Source of the DNA: a virus
Taxonomy: Duplodnaviria; Caudoviricetes
Direction: 5' to 3' (one strand)
Length of the DNA stretch: 64,000 nucleotides
Virus record (IMG/VR): IMGVR_UViG_2926965794_000002
Coordinates: 45,941-109,940 of that record
The stretch's first letter is position 1; the number at the start of each line of letters is the position of its first letter. The position numbers and the translations under genes were made by a program. Shown piece by piece: positions 25,787 to 35,994 of this stretch. A model generated the notes under the pieces. That model had not been told where the DNA came from, searched no databases, and saw only the letters and a list, made by a program, of their open reading frames with translations.

Positions 25787-26866
25787 ATGACGTTTTTTGC
25801 AACGCGCAATCAAGCATTCTTTCTTGCACTTCTACTGTCATTGTTCAGTTCGCCTGCTTTGTCCTTTTCTCTTGTCGAGTTTTTAGGCTTGGACAAAGAG
25901 ACGAAAAGGCTTCAAGACGAACTCGATAAAACTCGCGCAGATGTCAAATACATTGCAGAAAAAGCGATAAGGGCTGTTCCGGGCGAACGGTATCTTCAAC
26001 TCATTGACGATCTTCACTCGGGGGACCCTGCGAAAGCAGAAGCCGCCCGTAATTTTCTGAGAAGCCTTGCAAATATTGACCCTCAGACGACTTACAAAGC
26101 GAGCGTGTGGTTCTCGTTCGATCCAAACAAGAATGGTGGGAAGTTCATGCAGGACATGACTCGGGTGGTTCTGCCTCATCCGATCTTGTTGCAGAAATAC
26201 GCCGATGACTCCCTCAATTTGGAGCCGGCTCAAGTAAACAATTGGGAGCCACTTAACGCCGCCGAGATCGAAGCCCTCATGACGCAAAAGGCAAATGATT
26301 TTGTAGTCGGTCTAGTGGGGCAAAGGAAACAAGCCCCCGTTCCGGGTACCGGCGATAACAGCCTTGGTATTCCGGCGTCACAGGTTCACGTTTACGATTC
26401 GGTGATCAATTCGCGCATTCCTATCGACGATAAGACGGCTATCGCACAGACAGATGAGAAAGTTGCGAACTTGAAAACTCCTCTGATTGAGGCGATCAAA
26501 AGTTCGCATGCGTTCAAGCCGCCGAAGACGGACGCCTACGAGCGGTCAAAATCGTGGAATCCGCTGGATCAGCACAACTATGTTGTCATCTTCCTCAGCG
26601 AGGATACGTTCAACAACCACGATAAATTTGAGATTCAGTTTGTCATTAAAGACGTCAAGTCTTCGAAGGCTACACTGAATGACCGACCGCCGAAGAAGTT
26701 CAGTCCGGCGGATTTCAACCCCGCGGTGAATAAGCCGATAAAGAACAAGTATGGGCAGACACTCTATTGGACGTCATACGAGGTGACAGGAGAAGCCTTG
26801 TTTAGTCCCGACACAGCAAAAGAGATTGAGAATTTGCTGGCTGCGGTGAAGTCCATTCCGAAATAG
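25787..26866 (+). CDS. Secreted hypothetical protein (moron, lower GC)
   Basis: GGAGGAGG RBS; signal peptide MTFFATRNQAFFLALLLSLFSSPALS; AT-rich codons. Confidence 0.75.
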   Translation: MTFFATRNQAFFLALLLSLFSSPALSFSLVEFLGLDKETKRLQDELDKTRADVKYIAEKAIRAVPGERYLQLIDDLHSGDPAKAEAARNFLRSLANIDPQTTYKASVWFSFDPNKNGGKFMQDMTRVVLPHPILLQKYADDSLNLEPAQVNNWEPLNAAEIEALMTQKANDFVVGLVGQRKQAPVPGTGDNSLGIPASQVHVYDSVINSRIPIDDKTAIAQTDEKVANLKTPLIEAIKSSHAFKPPKTDAYERSKSWNPLDQHNYVVIFLSEDTFNNHDKFEIQFVIKDVKSSKATLNDRPPKKFSPADFNPAVNKPIKNKYGQTLYWTSYEVTGEALFSPDTAKEIENLLAAVKSIPK

Positions 26867-26906
26867 GCGTGGCGTCCTCGCGAAGATCCTACTTTTGGAG
26901 GACATT

Positions 26907-27212
26907 ATGATTAGATCGTTTTGTTGTTTGACAATCGTAGGCGCTCTAGTCTTTGGCCAGACTGGTCACGTCAGTGCAAACCGGCTGGACGATTTAAGGG
27001 TTCGACTACAGCTTCACTCTCAAGCACGGGAAGGGGGATCGTCTTCCGATCGGCCCGCTTGTTCACCGAACGGCGAAGCTAACGCCTGCTATCACAACGG
27101 CTCAAAATGCTTCGTAGTTGTATTGATGTGTTATTCCTGCTGTTTTGGCAGTCAAGGAACCTCAAAAGGGGAAAAGGGACTACCCTGCGGGGTGTGCATA
27201 GGATTCGATTAG
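26907..27212 (+). CDS. Small secreted Cys-rich protein
   Basis: GGAGG RBS; signal peptide; eight Cys in the C-terminal half. Confidence 0.65.
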   Translation: MIRSFCCLTIVGALVFGQTGHVSANRLDDLRVRLQLHSQAREGGSSSDRPACSPNGEANACYHNGSKCFVVVLMCYSCCFGSQGTSKGEKGLPCGVCIGFD

Positions 27213-27364
27213 TCAGCGCATTGGTCCGGTCTTGAGCCCGATCGAATATTTGCCATTCACGCATCGGATAGGCTTGGGCGTAGAGCATGAGCACGCCAAA
27301 TAAACTGGCTCCCTCTCCCGTGTTCGCCTGGCTTGACCGAGGCGGGCTCCCTTGGTCGGCTATG

Positions 27365-27780
27365 GGTCGATTCCGTTGAAAAAGGCCGGCAGTTTTCGTT
27401 GTAATAGCTCCGTCGCGACGTGGCCGAACTGCTCTACCGACCCTATGCGAGCCTCGGGCTGGGCATCGGGATCAGCTTGGCCATCTTTCGAAGGTTCTGG
27501 GCGGTGGCTGCGAGGATGAACTCGTCGCGCGCGCCGTTCGGACCTCGTAAACGCAAACGGTCGAGCTTGAGAATGCGCTTGAGGTGCGCGAACAACATCT
27601 CGATTTTCTTGCGGAGCCGGCGCGAGGTGCCTCCCTCCCACGATCTCGCGATCTGGCGCGCCATGTCGCGAGCGCCCTCGTAGATCGAGCGCGGCCCTCT
27701 CCGTGAAGCCTGCTTGGGGCAACACCGAGCCTTCAATGCGCATCGATCACAATCGCGCTTGCTGGCGAGGTAAAGCGGAC
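27365..27780 (-). pseudogene. IS1182-family transposase remnant (3' end plus probable terminal repeat)
   Basis: 'YLASKRDCDRCALKARCCP...RRLRKKIEMLFAHLKRILKLDRLRLRGPNGARDEFILAATAQNLRKMAK'; TTTTTCAACGGAATCG end; 5' part absent. Confidence 0.85.
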
Positions 27781-27793
27781 AACCAACTGAGAG

Positions 27794-29224
27794 TCAAAAT
27801 GGGATTTCCTCTCTGTTGCCATTGCCCCCGAACATCATCCGAGGGCCGTTGAAGTCGATCTCTTTCCACTTGCTGCCGGTGCCGCTGCGGTTCTTGAACA
27901 CGGCGAAAGCCGCCTTGTCCTTCCAGATGTCATATTCCCGCAACCAGCGATCGCGCTGCTCTCGCCCCTTCGGGTTGTCTTCCCCCGCCGGCTCCGGCTC
28001 GTTGTCGCGGAGCCAGATCTTCGGGATCGTCAAGCCGATGATGATGTCGCTGTTCTCGACGATGAGCCCGCCGCCGTAGATGTCGCCGCTGCCGAATTTC
28101 CAGCTGGGCGCGCGCTGCCCCTCGCGAGTCAGCTGGGCCAGCTGCCAAACGACGCCGTCGAGTTCCTTGGCAAGATCCTTGGTGTACGCCGACGCATATT
28201 CGACGGTCCGGACGACGTTCCAATGCTCCTGCTCGGGCTCGACCAGCTTCAGGTGGTCGATGCAGAACTGCTTCACGCCATACCGGCGCTTCGCCTTCCG
28301 GAACTCGTTGCCGATCTGCTTGATCGTCATCCGGCTGCGGTCTTGGACCCAGACCTTGATGGACTCGAGCTGCTCCTTCGCTCGCCGGATATCGAGGAAT
28401 TCTTTCTGGTTGAAGTCGCCGCTGATCTGCTTCTTTACCGAGACGCCGGACAGTGACGCGATGTCGCGATATGCGATCTGCTCCGCCGACATTTCGAGGC
28501 TGAGCGAAAACCCCGGGAAGATGCTCGTCTCGTCCAGCGACGGGCCGGCGTTGTCGCGCAGGATCTGCGCCATCAATGCCGATTTGCCGTGGCCCGATGG
28601 CGCCGCCAGCGTGACTGTAGTGCCGCCGACGATTGGACCGAGAACCTCGTCCAGCTCCGGGATCTTGGTCAGGACACCCACGGCGCGCTTGCCGCGGTGC
28701 TCGTAGGCCTCTCCGGCCTTCGTCATGGCGCTGGTGGCGGCGTCACCCAGCGTCACGGCGTGCCGCACCCGGTCGTGATCGTCGACGACCCGCAGCAAGT
28801 CGTCGATGTCCTGGCGCGTCTGGTCGAAGGTCTTGCCCGGCGCCGTGGCGATCTTGCCGAGCTCGACGCGCGCGCGCTCGCGCCAGGCCAGCACGATATC
28901 GTCTACGAAGTCGAGTGCGCTGCTGACGTCCGAGGCCTTCTCGATCAGCACCGCTAGGACCGCTTCGACCGAACCGATGCCTTCGAATTCTACCGGCAGC
29001 TTTGACTCGAGCAGCGACAGGCTGAGGCCGGGCCCGTTGAGGCAGCAGTCCTCCACCGCAGTAAAGATGGCCCGGTGATGCGGGAGCGTGAATTGATCGG
29101 CGTGCAGCCGGTCCGAAACCGCCCAGAACGACTCCGCCGCCCCGAGGATCTTTCCAATGACGGCTTCTTCGGCCCTGATGTTTTGGGTCGGCTTGTTGGA
29201 TTGTGGGGTCTCGCGGCGGCTCAA
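27794..29224 (-). CDS. dnaB: DnaB-like replicative helicase
   Basis: 'AEEAVIG', Walker A 'APSGHGKS', 'SLEMSAEQI', 'IDHLKL', 'LAQLTRE', 'KNRSG'. Confidence 0.9.
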   Translation of the reverse strand: MSRRETPQSNKPTQNIRAEEAVIGKILGAAESFWAVSDRLHADQFTLPHHRAIFTAVEDCCLNGPGLSLSLLESKLPVEFEGIGSVEAVLAVLIEKASDVSSALDFVDDIVLAWRERARVELGKIATAPGKTFDQTRQDIDDLLRVVDDHDRVRHAVTLGDAATSAMTKAGEAYEHRGKRAVGVLTKIPELDEVLGPIVGGTTVTLAAPSGHGKSALMAQILRDNAGPSLDETSIFPGFSLSLEMSAEQIAYRDIASLSGVSVKKQISGDFNQKEFLDIRRAKEQLESIKVWVQDRSRMTIKQIGNEFRKAKRRYGVKQFCIDHLKLVEPEQEHWNVVRTVEYASAYTKDLAKELDGVVWQLAQLTREGQRAPSWKFGSGDIYGGGLIVENSDIIIGLTIPKIWLRDNEPEPAGEDNPKGREQRDRWLREYDIWKDKAAFAVFKNRSGTGSKWKEIDFNGPRMMFGGNGNREEIPF

Positions 29225-30312
29225 ACGTAAGTCTCCTGGTGCCTGCGCACGTTCCAGATGTCGAGGTAATCGGTTCGCATGCGTGGTTCGGGTTGGCTGT
29301 CGTGCCGCCTGCCGACCACCACCATGCGTTCATGAAGTTTGCGGACCGCGGCGCGGCCCGCCGGCTCGGTGAGGACGAGGTCGCCGTCTTGGCGTCGCCA
29401 TGGCTTGTCGCCGTCCGGGAATGACGTGATCCGCTCCACCTCCATCGGCGGCTCGAAGCCAGAGACGCCGCTGGTGCTGAGCCCAGCCCAAACTGGATGG
29501 CGGTAGCGAACCAGCGCGCGCGCCGCCAGGCAGGTTTCCAGTCCCTCGCCGAGACCGATGTGCGCCGCGACGCCGCCGATCCGAACGGCCCCGCCGGCAG
29601 CAACGCCGGCGCCGATCTTGGCCTTGTCGACCGGCGCCTTGGCGGCCTTCGCTGGGTCGAGGTGGATTTTCCAAATGGCCGTCAAGTCGCCGAACACGTC
29701 ATCGACACGGCAGACCAGCGTCGGGAACGAGAGGCGGGTGTCGAGGTCATAGGCCACACTGCGGTGGAAGCGCAGACAGTCATCCCAGCCACCTGGCGGC
29801 ACTGGGATGCCGCGAGCGAGAAGATAGGCCTCAGCGTGCGTGCCGGCGATCGTGACAGCCTCGGACCAGATCTCGGCCGCTGTGTGCTGGCGCGCCTGCA
29901 CATGCTCAGCGGCCCGCTTATCGTCAGCGGCGCGCTTGGCGGCGGCCGCTTCGGCGCGGTCTTCCCGCTTCTTTCGCTCTTCCGGTGTCTCTTCGCGGGC
30001 GCGATCGAGACCGACGAACTCCCGGGCCCGGTCGAACACCTCGGCGTTGGCCCTGTGGCTGTTGGTGAGACCATAGGCAAACAGGTTGATCTCATCGCCG
30101 CCGATGCCGGCCGAACTCCTGACCCATGCGCCACGCTCGTACTTGCCCACCTTGGCGAGGTAAACGACGAACGAACCGAGATCTTTTTGCGATGCCGGCG
30201 CGCAATAAGCCAACCGACCCTTGGTCACATGACCGGGCCAGAAATGCTTCAGCACCTGTTCGAGCATTTCGTTCAGGCGCTTCTTGATCTCGGCAGTATC
30301 CTCTCGCGTCAT
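29221..30312 (-). CDS. Toprim-domain primase
   Basis: 'AEAYLLARGI', 'GEGLETCLA', 'FPDGD'; coupled to the helicase. Confidence 0.8.
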   Translation of the reverse strand: MTREDTAEIKKRLNEMLEQVLKHFWPGHVTKGRLAYCAPASQKDLGSFVVYLAKVGKYERGAWVRSSAGIGGDEINLFAYGLTNSHRANAEVFDRAREFVGLDRAREETPEERKKREDRAEAAAAKRAADDKRAAEHVQARQHTAAEIWSEAVTIAGTHAEAYLLARGIPVPPGGWDDCLRFHRSVAYDLDTRLSFPTLVCRVDDVFGDLTAIWKIHLDPAKAAKAPVDKAKIGAGVAAGGAVRIGGVAAHIGLGEGLETCLAARALVRYRHPVWAGLSTSGVSGFEPPMEVERITSFPDGDKPWRRQDGDLVLTEPAGRAAVRKLHERMVVVGRRHDSQPEPRMRTDYLDIWNVRRHQETYV

Positions 30313-30551
30313 GCCAACCCTGCAGCCGCCTCGATCGCTTGTCGCTTCAGGTTCGCCCAGAGCCGATCACAAGCCGCTCCATCATTCTCGTGGTGATACC
30401 GGCGCCATGCGCGCTTGCGGCGCCCGTAGACGCGTCGCCGGTCGACGGGCAGCGCACGCCAATGGTCGCCGCAAATCCATTCCGTGGGCGGGGCAAACCG
30501 CCCAGTGGTGCGCCGGCAGAACGGCACGCAGCATCGGACACGTTCTGTCAA
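30309..30551 (-). CDS. Small Cys/His protein
   Basis: TTG start overlapping the upstream stop; 'CCVPFC...ICGDHW'. Confidence 0.55.
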   Translation of the reverse strand: MTERVRCCVPFCRRTTGRFAPPTEWICGDHWRALPVDRRRVYGRRKRAWRRYHHENDGAACDRLWANLKRQAIEAAAGLA

Positions 30552-31354
30552 AGCAAGTTCTCCTGCTTCGGCTCGGGCGCGGCAACCGGCGGCGGCGCCA
30601 GCGGGTCGGCCGGCTTCCACTTGTCGTAGTCTCCTGCGATCTCCTCGTAGACGCGGGGGTGCTGCCGCTTGAAGTTCGGGAAGTGCGGGCCGCGGAGATA
30701 GCGGCCGGCATCGAGCGCGAGCCAGCCGCCGCCCGATGGCAACCAGCGGCGGTGATCGATGTTGACGTGCTTGAAGTCCGAGCGCAGCAGATAGCCGCGC
30801 TTCTCCAAGATCACGGCAATCTTGATCGCAGCCACCTTCCAAGACGTCAGCTGCACTGGTGATGGAGAGCCCGCCAGGACATCTGGCACATATTCCGGCA
30901 ATCGGTGTCGAAATGCCGGGGCCCACTCATGCCAGTCATCGCGCCAGGTGGAATGCTGAAGATCAGGCAGTAATGGGCGGAATGCAGGACGCTCCGACCA
31001 CACCGGGTAATGGTCGGGCCTCTTCGTCGGCGAAACCCGGATAATCGTCAGCCCGATGTAAGCGCAGATCAATTCGTAGCCGACGGCGTGCTCGTCCGGA
31101 ACCAAGACCGCTCGGCAGTCCGGCGCCATTCGGTCGGCGTCCCAGGCGCCATATTCATCCAGGGACTGGTTGATGACGTGCAGGCCCATGCGCAGCTTCG
31201 CTTGGATGCCGATTTGAAATCCGTCGACATCCCTGACGAGAAGGATGTCCCAGTTTCCGGTTTCCGGATACGCGGTCCAGCCCTCTGGCAAAGCGCCAAT
31301 GAAGCGCTTGCAGAGAGCGGCTTCCGTGGCGAACATCGGTGCTGCCTTCGCCAT
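30548..31354 (-). CDS. Hypothetical protein, possible PD-(D/E)XK fold
   Basis: 'YPETGNWDILLV...GIQAK' resembles the E-D-(E/Q)xK pattern. Confidence 0.5.
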   Translation of the reverse strand: MAKAAPMFATEAALCKRFIGALPEGWTAYPETGNWDILLVRDVDGFQIGIQAKLRMGLHVINQSLDEYGAWDADRMAPDCRAVLVPDEHAVGYELICAYIGLTIIRVSPTKRPDHYPVWSERPAFRPLLPDLQHSTWRDDWHEWAPAFRHRLPEYVPDVLAGSPSPVQLTSWKVAAIKIAVILEKRGYLLRSDFKHVNIDHRRWLPSGGGWLALDAGRYLRGPHFPNFKRQHPRVYEEIAGDYDKWKPADPLAPPPVAAPEPKQENLL

Positions 31355-31355
31355 C

Positions 31356-33338
31356 TCAGGCACTCGCAGCGCGCTTGATGATGGCCGGTTCCGGCTTTGC
31401 CTTGACCGCGGCATCCGCCATAATCGCGGCGACCTCGGCCTTCATCAGGGAGACCGAGACGGCGTTGCCGATTTGCTTGATCTTCTGGGTCTTGGTGCCG
31501 GCGAATTCGTACTCGGCCTCGTCCTCGTTGAAGCCCATCGCCGCGGCGAGTTCGTGCGGCTCCAGCATCCGGAAGAGGATGTCGTACTGCGGAGTCGCCT
31601 CGACGAGGTTGACGTGACCGGTGGCAGTGATTGCCGGGGCTGGCTCGGCGATGTCGTGCACCCGCGGCGCCTGCCCTTCCCGCTCGCCGAACTGCGCCGC
31701 GATGAATGCGAGCTCGCCGCGCGAGGCCGTCGTCACAGTCGGGATCGGCTCACCAAGATCGCGGACGCGGTCGCTGCGGTCGTGATGGGTGACCGGCATA
31801 ACCATGGCGAACTCGCCGCCCTTCGCCGTGGTCAGCGTCGGCAACGGCTCAGCAAGGTCGCGCGCCGCGTTGCCGCCCTGGGTGTGGGTGACCGGCACCA
31901 CCATGCCGAACCGTCCTTTCGACGTGACGGTGTCCAGCGGCTCCTCGGCGCTCTTGCAGGTCTCGCCAGATCCGGAGCCGTAGTAGGGCGAGATCAGGAC
32001 GTGGCTTTGCTTCGCGACTTGGGTTGGTGTCGGCTCGTCGACCGACCGCGGCGCGCCGCCGGCGTGGCGGGACAGCACGAACGGCTCGACCAGGTAGCCG
32101 CCGCCGTCGCAGTTCGCCGTTGGAGCCGGATCGCCTATCGAGTGCGCCCGGGTCTCTGCGAAGCCGTCGCCGTGGCGATTGAGGATGAACGGCTCGACCG
32201 CGTTACCGTTGATCTCGGCCATCATCTGATCGAACGAAATCACGGGAGAGACCAGCATCGGCCGCGCGCAGCCCGGGTCATTAGATCCGGCGCCGCCGGT
32301 GGTGATAGTGGGGAGAGGATCGTTCGCCGGGCGGGCCGCGCCGCTACCGGTAGCCAGGACGAGCGGCTCGGCTAGCCCAATTCGGGCCTGCGTCATCACC
32401 GCCGGTGCTGGGTCGTCTACGGATTGCGCGTCCCGCCGGAAGTTCTGCTTCAGCAGGATCGGCTCGGCCAGCGCCATGTGGAGGCCGTTTGCCGCGACGG
32501 TGGGAAGCGGCCGGTCGAGGCTCTGCCCGTCCATGTGGTTGCGGAGAACGACAAGGAACGGTTCCGGCCAGTTGAACTTGACCGCGCCCGCATAGATCCG
32601 GGCCAACGTCTTCGGCGCCAGCGGCTTCGAGCGGTTGAAGATCGACCGGCCCTTGAGCGACCAGTCGATGATCTCACGCGCCGGCTTCCACGGCTTCATG
32701 CCCGGGAATAGCAGCGTGTCGTCGGCTCGCTTGGCATGCGTCAGCGGTGCCCAGGCCACGATCTTGCGGTCGTTGCGCGCCTTCAAAATGAAGCGCTGCC
32801 GGGTTGTCGCGTCGCCGTAGTTCGCTGCGTTGAGCTTCCGCCATTCCGGTTCAAAACCGAGCCGGCGGATCGTGTCGATCCAGAGGGCAAAATACTCGCC
32901 CTTGCGGCTCTTGATGGGCTTGCCGGTCCGCGGATCGACGGGGCCCCACCCGATGAACTCCCAGACGTTCTCGATGATCAGCCGCTTGACGCGCAACTCG
33001 GTCAGCCAGGTTACAATATGCCAGGGGTCGGAACGCTGCTGGTCGGAAGTCGGTTTGCCGCCGCGCGCAACCGAATGATGCGTGCACGTCGGCGACGCCA
33101 TCAGCAGATCGAGATATCCCTCTGGCACGATGATGTGCGGCCGCACTGCGGCGATGTCTTCGCAGTAATGCCGGGCGAGCGGATGGTTCTTCTTGTGCGT
33201 CTCGATCGCGACGCCCCAGTGATTGACACAGACCAATTCCATCTCGAGCCCGAGTTCGGCGAGAGCCCGCGCGCAGCCGGTGGACGAACCACCGGCGCCG
33301 CAGAGAAGGTCGGCAACGAGGATTTTGCGACGGCCCAC
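31356..33338 (-). CDS. DNA cytosine-5 methyltransferase with repeat-expanded variable region
   Basis: 'DLLCGAGG', 'SPTC', 'ENV', 'R.RF', 'QIGNAV'. Confidence 0.9.
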   Translation of the reverse strand: MGRRKILVADLLCGAGGSSTGCARALAELGLEMELVCVNHWGVAIETHKKNHPLARHYCEDIAAVRPHIIVPEGYLDLLMASPTCTHHSVARGGKPTSDQQRSDPWHIVTWLTELRVKRLIIENVWEFIGWGPVDPRTGKPIKSRKGEYFALWIDTIRRLGFEPEWRKLNAANYGDATTRQRFILKARNDRKIVAWAPLTHAKRADDTLLFPGMKPWKPAREIIDWSLKGRSIFNRSKPLAPKTLARIYAGAVKFNWPEPFLVVLRNHMDGQSLDRPLPTVAANGLHMALAEPILLKQNFRRDAQSVDDPAPAVMTQARIGLAEPLVLATGSGAARPANDPLPTITTGGAGSNDPGCARPMLVSPVISFDQMMAEINGNAVEPFILNRHGDGFAETRAHSIGDPAPTANCDGGGYLVEPFVLSRHAGGAPRSVDEPTPTQVAKQSHVLISPYYGSGSGETCKSAEEPLDTVTSKGRFGMVVPVTHTQGGNAARDLAEPLPTLTTAKGGEFAMVMPVTHHDRSDRVRDLGEPIPTVTTASRGELAFIAAQFGEREGQAPRVHDIAEPAPAITATGHVNLVEATPQYDILFRMLEPHELAAAMGFNEDEAEYEFAGTKTQKIKQIGNAVSVSLMKAEVAAIMADAAVKAKPEPAIIKRAASA

Positions 33339-33342
33339 TTAT

Positions 33343-34461
33343 CTAGACCCTCATCGGCATGAGGACGTACAGCGAGCCTTCGTCCGTCCCGCGGAAGATG
33401 GTCGGCGAGCCGGGGTCGGCGAGATTGACGTTGACGGACTCGCCCTGGACCTCGGCCAGGATGTCGTGCAGGTACCGGCTGTTGAAGCCGATCTCCATGG
33501 CGTCCCCGGTAAACTCGGCCTCGAGCTCCTCGGTGGCGGCGCCGGCGTCGGGGTTGGTGACGTGGAGCGTAATCTTGCCCTCAGCCAGCGACACCTTCAC
33601 GGCGCGGCCGCGCTCGCTGGAAATGGTCGCGACGCGATCGACGGCCTCGAGCAGATTCTTGCTGCCGATCTTCAGCGTTTTCTCGTTGTTCTGTGGGATG
33701 ACGCGGCCGTAGTCCGGGAAGGTGCCGTCGATCAGCTTCGACACCAGGACGATATCGCCCGAGGTAAACGTGATTTTGCCCTGGCTGAGCTCGACCTGGA
33801 TCTCACCGTCGGTCGACGCGAACAACCGGTCGACCTCGCCGACCGTCTTGCGGGGAACGATGACACCGGGCATGCCGGCAGCACCTTCCGGCAAGTCGAC
33901 GTCAACGCTGGCCAACCGATGGCCGTCGGTCGCCACCGCGCGCAGGTGGTTGACGTTGCCTTCCTTGTGGGTGTGCAGGTAAATGCCGTTGAGATAGTAG
34001 CGGGTCTCCTCGGTCGAGATCGCGAACTGGACGCGCTTGATCAGCCGATGCAGATCCTTCGCCTGGATGGCGAACGAATGCGTCATGTCCCCAATGCTGA
34101 TGTTCGGGAAGTCTGACGGGGGCAGCGTCTGGAGACGGAACCGCGAGCGGCCAGCCTTCACAACGACGACCTCACCCTCCTGCTCGATTGTGATCTGCGA
34201 GCCGGCCGGCATCTTGCGGACGACGTCGTGGAGCAGCCCGGCCGGGACGGTTGTGCTTCCCTTCGCGGCCGCCTCGGCCTTCACGGCGTCCGTCATCTCG
34301 ATGTCAAGATCGGTGGCGCGGAGGCGGATCCTGTCCTGCTCCACCTCGAGCAGCACGTTGCTGAGGATCGGGATGGTGTTCCTCTTCTCGACCACGCGGA
34401 CCACGCGGCCCATGACTTTGACGAGCGCGGAATGCTCAACGATTGCTTTGAAGGCGGTCAA
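33343..34461 (-). CDS. dnaN: DNA polymerase III beta sliding clamp
   Basis: 'VEKRNTIPILSNVLL', 'ATDLD', 'STEETRYYLNG', 'ATDGHRLA', 'YVLMPMRV'; TTG start after AAAGGAG. Confidence 0.95.
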   Translation of the reverse strand: MTAFKAIVEHSALVKVMGRVVRVVEKRNTIPILSNVLLEVEQDRIRLRATDLDIEMTDAVKAEAAAKGSTTVPAGLLHDVVRKMPAGSQITIEQEGEVVVVKAGRSRFRLQTLPPSDFPNISIGDMTHSFAIQAKDLHRLIKRVQFAISTEETRYYLNGIYLHTHKEGNVNHLRAVATDGHRLASVDVDLPEGAAGMPGVIVPRKTVGEVDRLFASTDGEIQVELSQGKITFTSGDIVLVSKLIDGTFPDYGRVIPQNNEKTLKIGSKNLLEAVDRVATISSERGRAVKVSLAEGKITLHVTNPDAGAATEELEAEFTGDAMEIGFNSRYLHDILAEVQGESVNVNLADPGSPTIFRGTDEGSLYVLMPMRV

Positions 34462-35030
34462 AACGGTGTCTCCTTTCGGGATGGGGTGAGCGTCGGTTCG
34501 AATAGATCGCCGCGCGGTGCTGCGAAGCGCGGGTCCAGATGGCCGCGAAGCCACCAGGCCACGCCGAGACTCTCCGCGGCGTCGAGGGAGGTTATGGTTC
34601 GGTCAATCAGTTGCGCGTAACTGAGGGACGCTTCCTTGGTCGCGCGGCCGTTGCCGGTGAAGGCCTTTCGCCACGTCCCCTGATTGACGTAGATGAATGG
34701 AACGTCATGGGCGGCGAAGACCTCTTCGGCGATCGCGCACAGCCCGTAAATCCGCTGGAATGTCTTCATCGGCGGGCGCGTCGCCGCCGGCTCAGGGTTT
34801 TCCTCAGTGGGCTTTCCCTTGAGCTCGATGTCAGTGCGCAACGGCTCTTCGGCTGCGCCGTGCTTGACCTGATTGTCCTTGATGATCTGGTAGAGCGTCT
34901 TCCGGAAATGCCGAAACACCTGCCCGGAATTCTTGCCTTCCCAATGGAAGGCCCGGGCCCAGACATAGCGTTCGCCGTCAAGCAACGTGATGCCTGTCGT
35001 GGTCGCGATATCTAAGCCAAGGATCTTCAT
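34458..35030 (-). CDS. RuvC-like Holliday junction resolvase
   Basis: 'ILGLDIATTTG', 'EEP', 'WRKAFTGNGRATKE', 'DAAES'. Confidence 0.75.
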   Translation of the reverse strand: MKILGLDIATTTGITLLDGERYVWARAFHWEGKNSGQVFRHFRKTLYQIIKDNQVKHGAAEEPLRTDIELKGKPTEENPEPAATRPPMKTFQRIYGLCAIAEEVFAAHDVPFIYVNQGTWRKAFTGNGRATKEASLSYAQLIDRTITSLDAAESLGVAWWLRGHLDPRFAAPRGDLFEPTLTPSRKETPF

Positions 35031-35035
35031 CGCGA

Positions 35036-35269
35036 TCAGGCGGCCTGAATCGCGGTTTCGTCGAACCAGCTTTCGGTTTGCCTGCCGTCGCCGGCGCGAT
35101 AGCGAACCAGATAGCTGTTGACATGGTCCTGATACTCGGCACGGCCGATGACGGTGCCTTTCTCGTTGCTCTCGATCATGCTCACGGTCGCCTTCAGTTC
35201 GTACAGAAACGGCTTACTCTTCACGGTCTCTCCTCCATGGTTTCCGGCGGCGGAATTGCCGCCGGTCAT
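35036..35269 (-). CDS. Hypothetical protein
   Basis: 'GTVIGRAEY...YLVRYRAGDGRQTESWFDE'; start may be a downstream GTG. Confidence 0.6.
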   Translation of the reverse strand: MTGGNSAAGNHGGETVKSKPFLYELKATVSMIESNEKGTVIGRAEYQDHVNSYLVRYRAGDGRQTESWFDETAIQAA

Positions 35270-35278
35270 CTCGGTCGA

Positions 35279-35848
35279 TCAGGCCTCGTTGCCGTCGTCG
35301 CCTTCGCCCTGCTCGCCGCCGTCCGGCGTCGGCTGCGGCATGGCCATGATGGCGTCACGCTCCGACCGCGCCTGGCGGAATGCCGCAAGCCACGCCTGCC
35401 CCTTGATGGAGCCCGTCTCGTACGGGTTGTCGGATTCCTTGGAGCCGGGCTCGGTATCGAGCCTGAAGCCGGCGGCGCGGCCCTCGCGCTTCGCGCGCTC
35501 GTCTTCCGGCGTCGGGCCGGTGCCGCGCATACCGAAGAGCTCGTACTGGCGCGGGCTCAGCGTCTTGCCGAGCAAACCGAGATAGAAGCCGGCGCGCTCA
35601 ACCTCGGTACAGTAGGCGTCGATCGCCTCGTCACCGCCCTCGTACAGCTTGATAGCCAACTTGGCGGCGTCGTTATTCATGCCCTGCTGCGAGGTGATGG
35701 CGAACACGCCGCGGAGCCGGTTCTTGACCGTGTTGTTCGACTCGTTGGCGGCCTTCGCTTCCGCCTGCGCGGACCGAATGCGGGAGAGATTGAACGCGTC
35801 GAGCGCGCTCTGGGTCGGCTCGTTTGGTCTGTCGGCAGGCGTCGTCAT
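35279..35848 (-). CDS. Hypothetical protein, possibly a GapR-like N-terminus with an RMF-like C-terminal motif
   Basis: Helical N-terminus; 'EGRAAG...NPYETGSIKGQAWLAAF'. Confidence 0.5.
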   Translation of the reverse strand: MTTPADRPNEPTQSALDAFNLSRIRSAQAEAKAANESNNTVKNRLRGVFAITSQQGMNNDAAKLAIKLYEGGDEAIDAYCTEVERAGFYLGLLGKTLSPRQYELFGMRGTGPTPEDERAKREGRAAGFRLDTEPGSKESDNPYETGSIKGQAWLAAFRQARSERDAIMAMPQPTPDGGEQGEGDDGNEA

Positions 35849-35994
35849 GGGATTCTCCGGGGTTGGTCAGTGGGTGATGAAGTCGATGGGCCGTTTCGAT
35901 TGCCAGCGGAGGCCGACGCGCACCGCGATCGCCGCAGTGCGCAGACGTCGCGCGCGGCACGCCCTCACCTGGTCATGGTTGATGTTTCGCGCCC

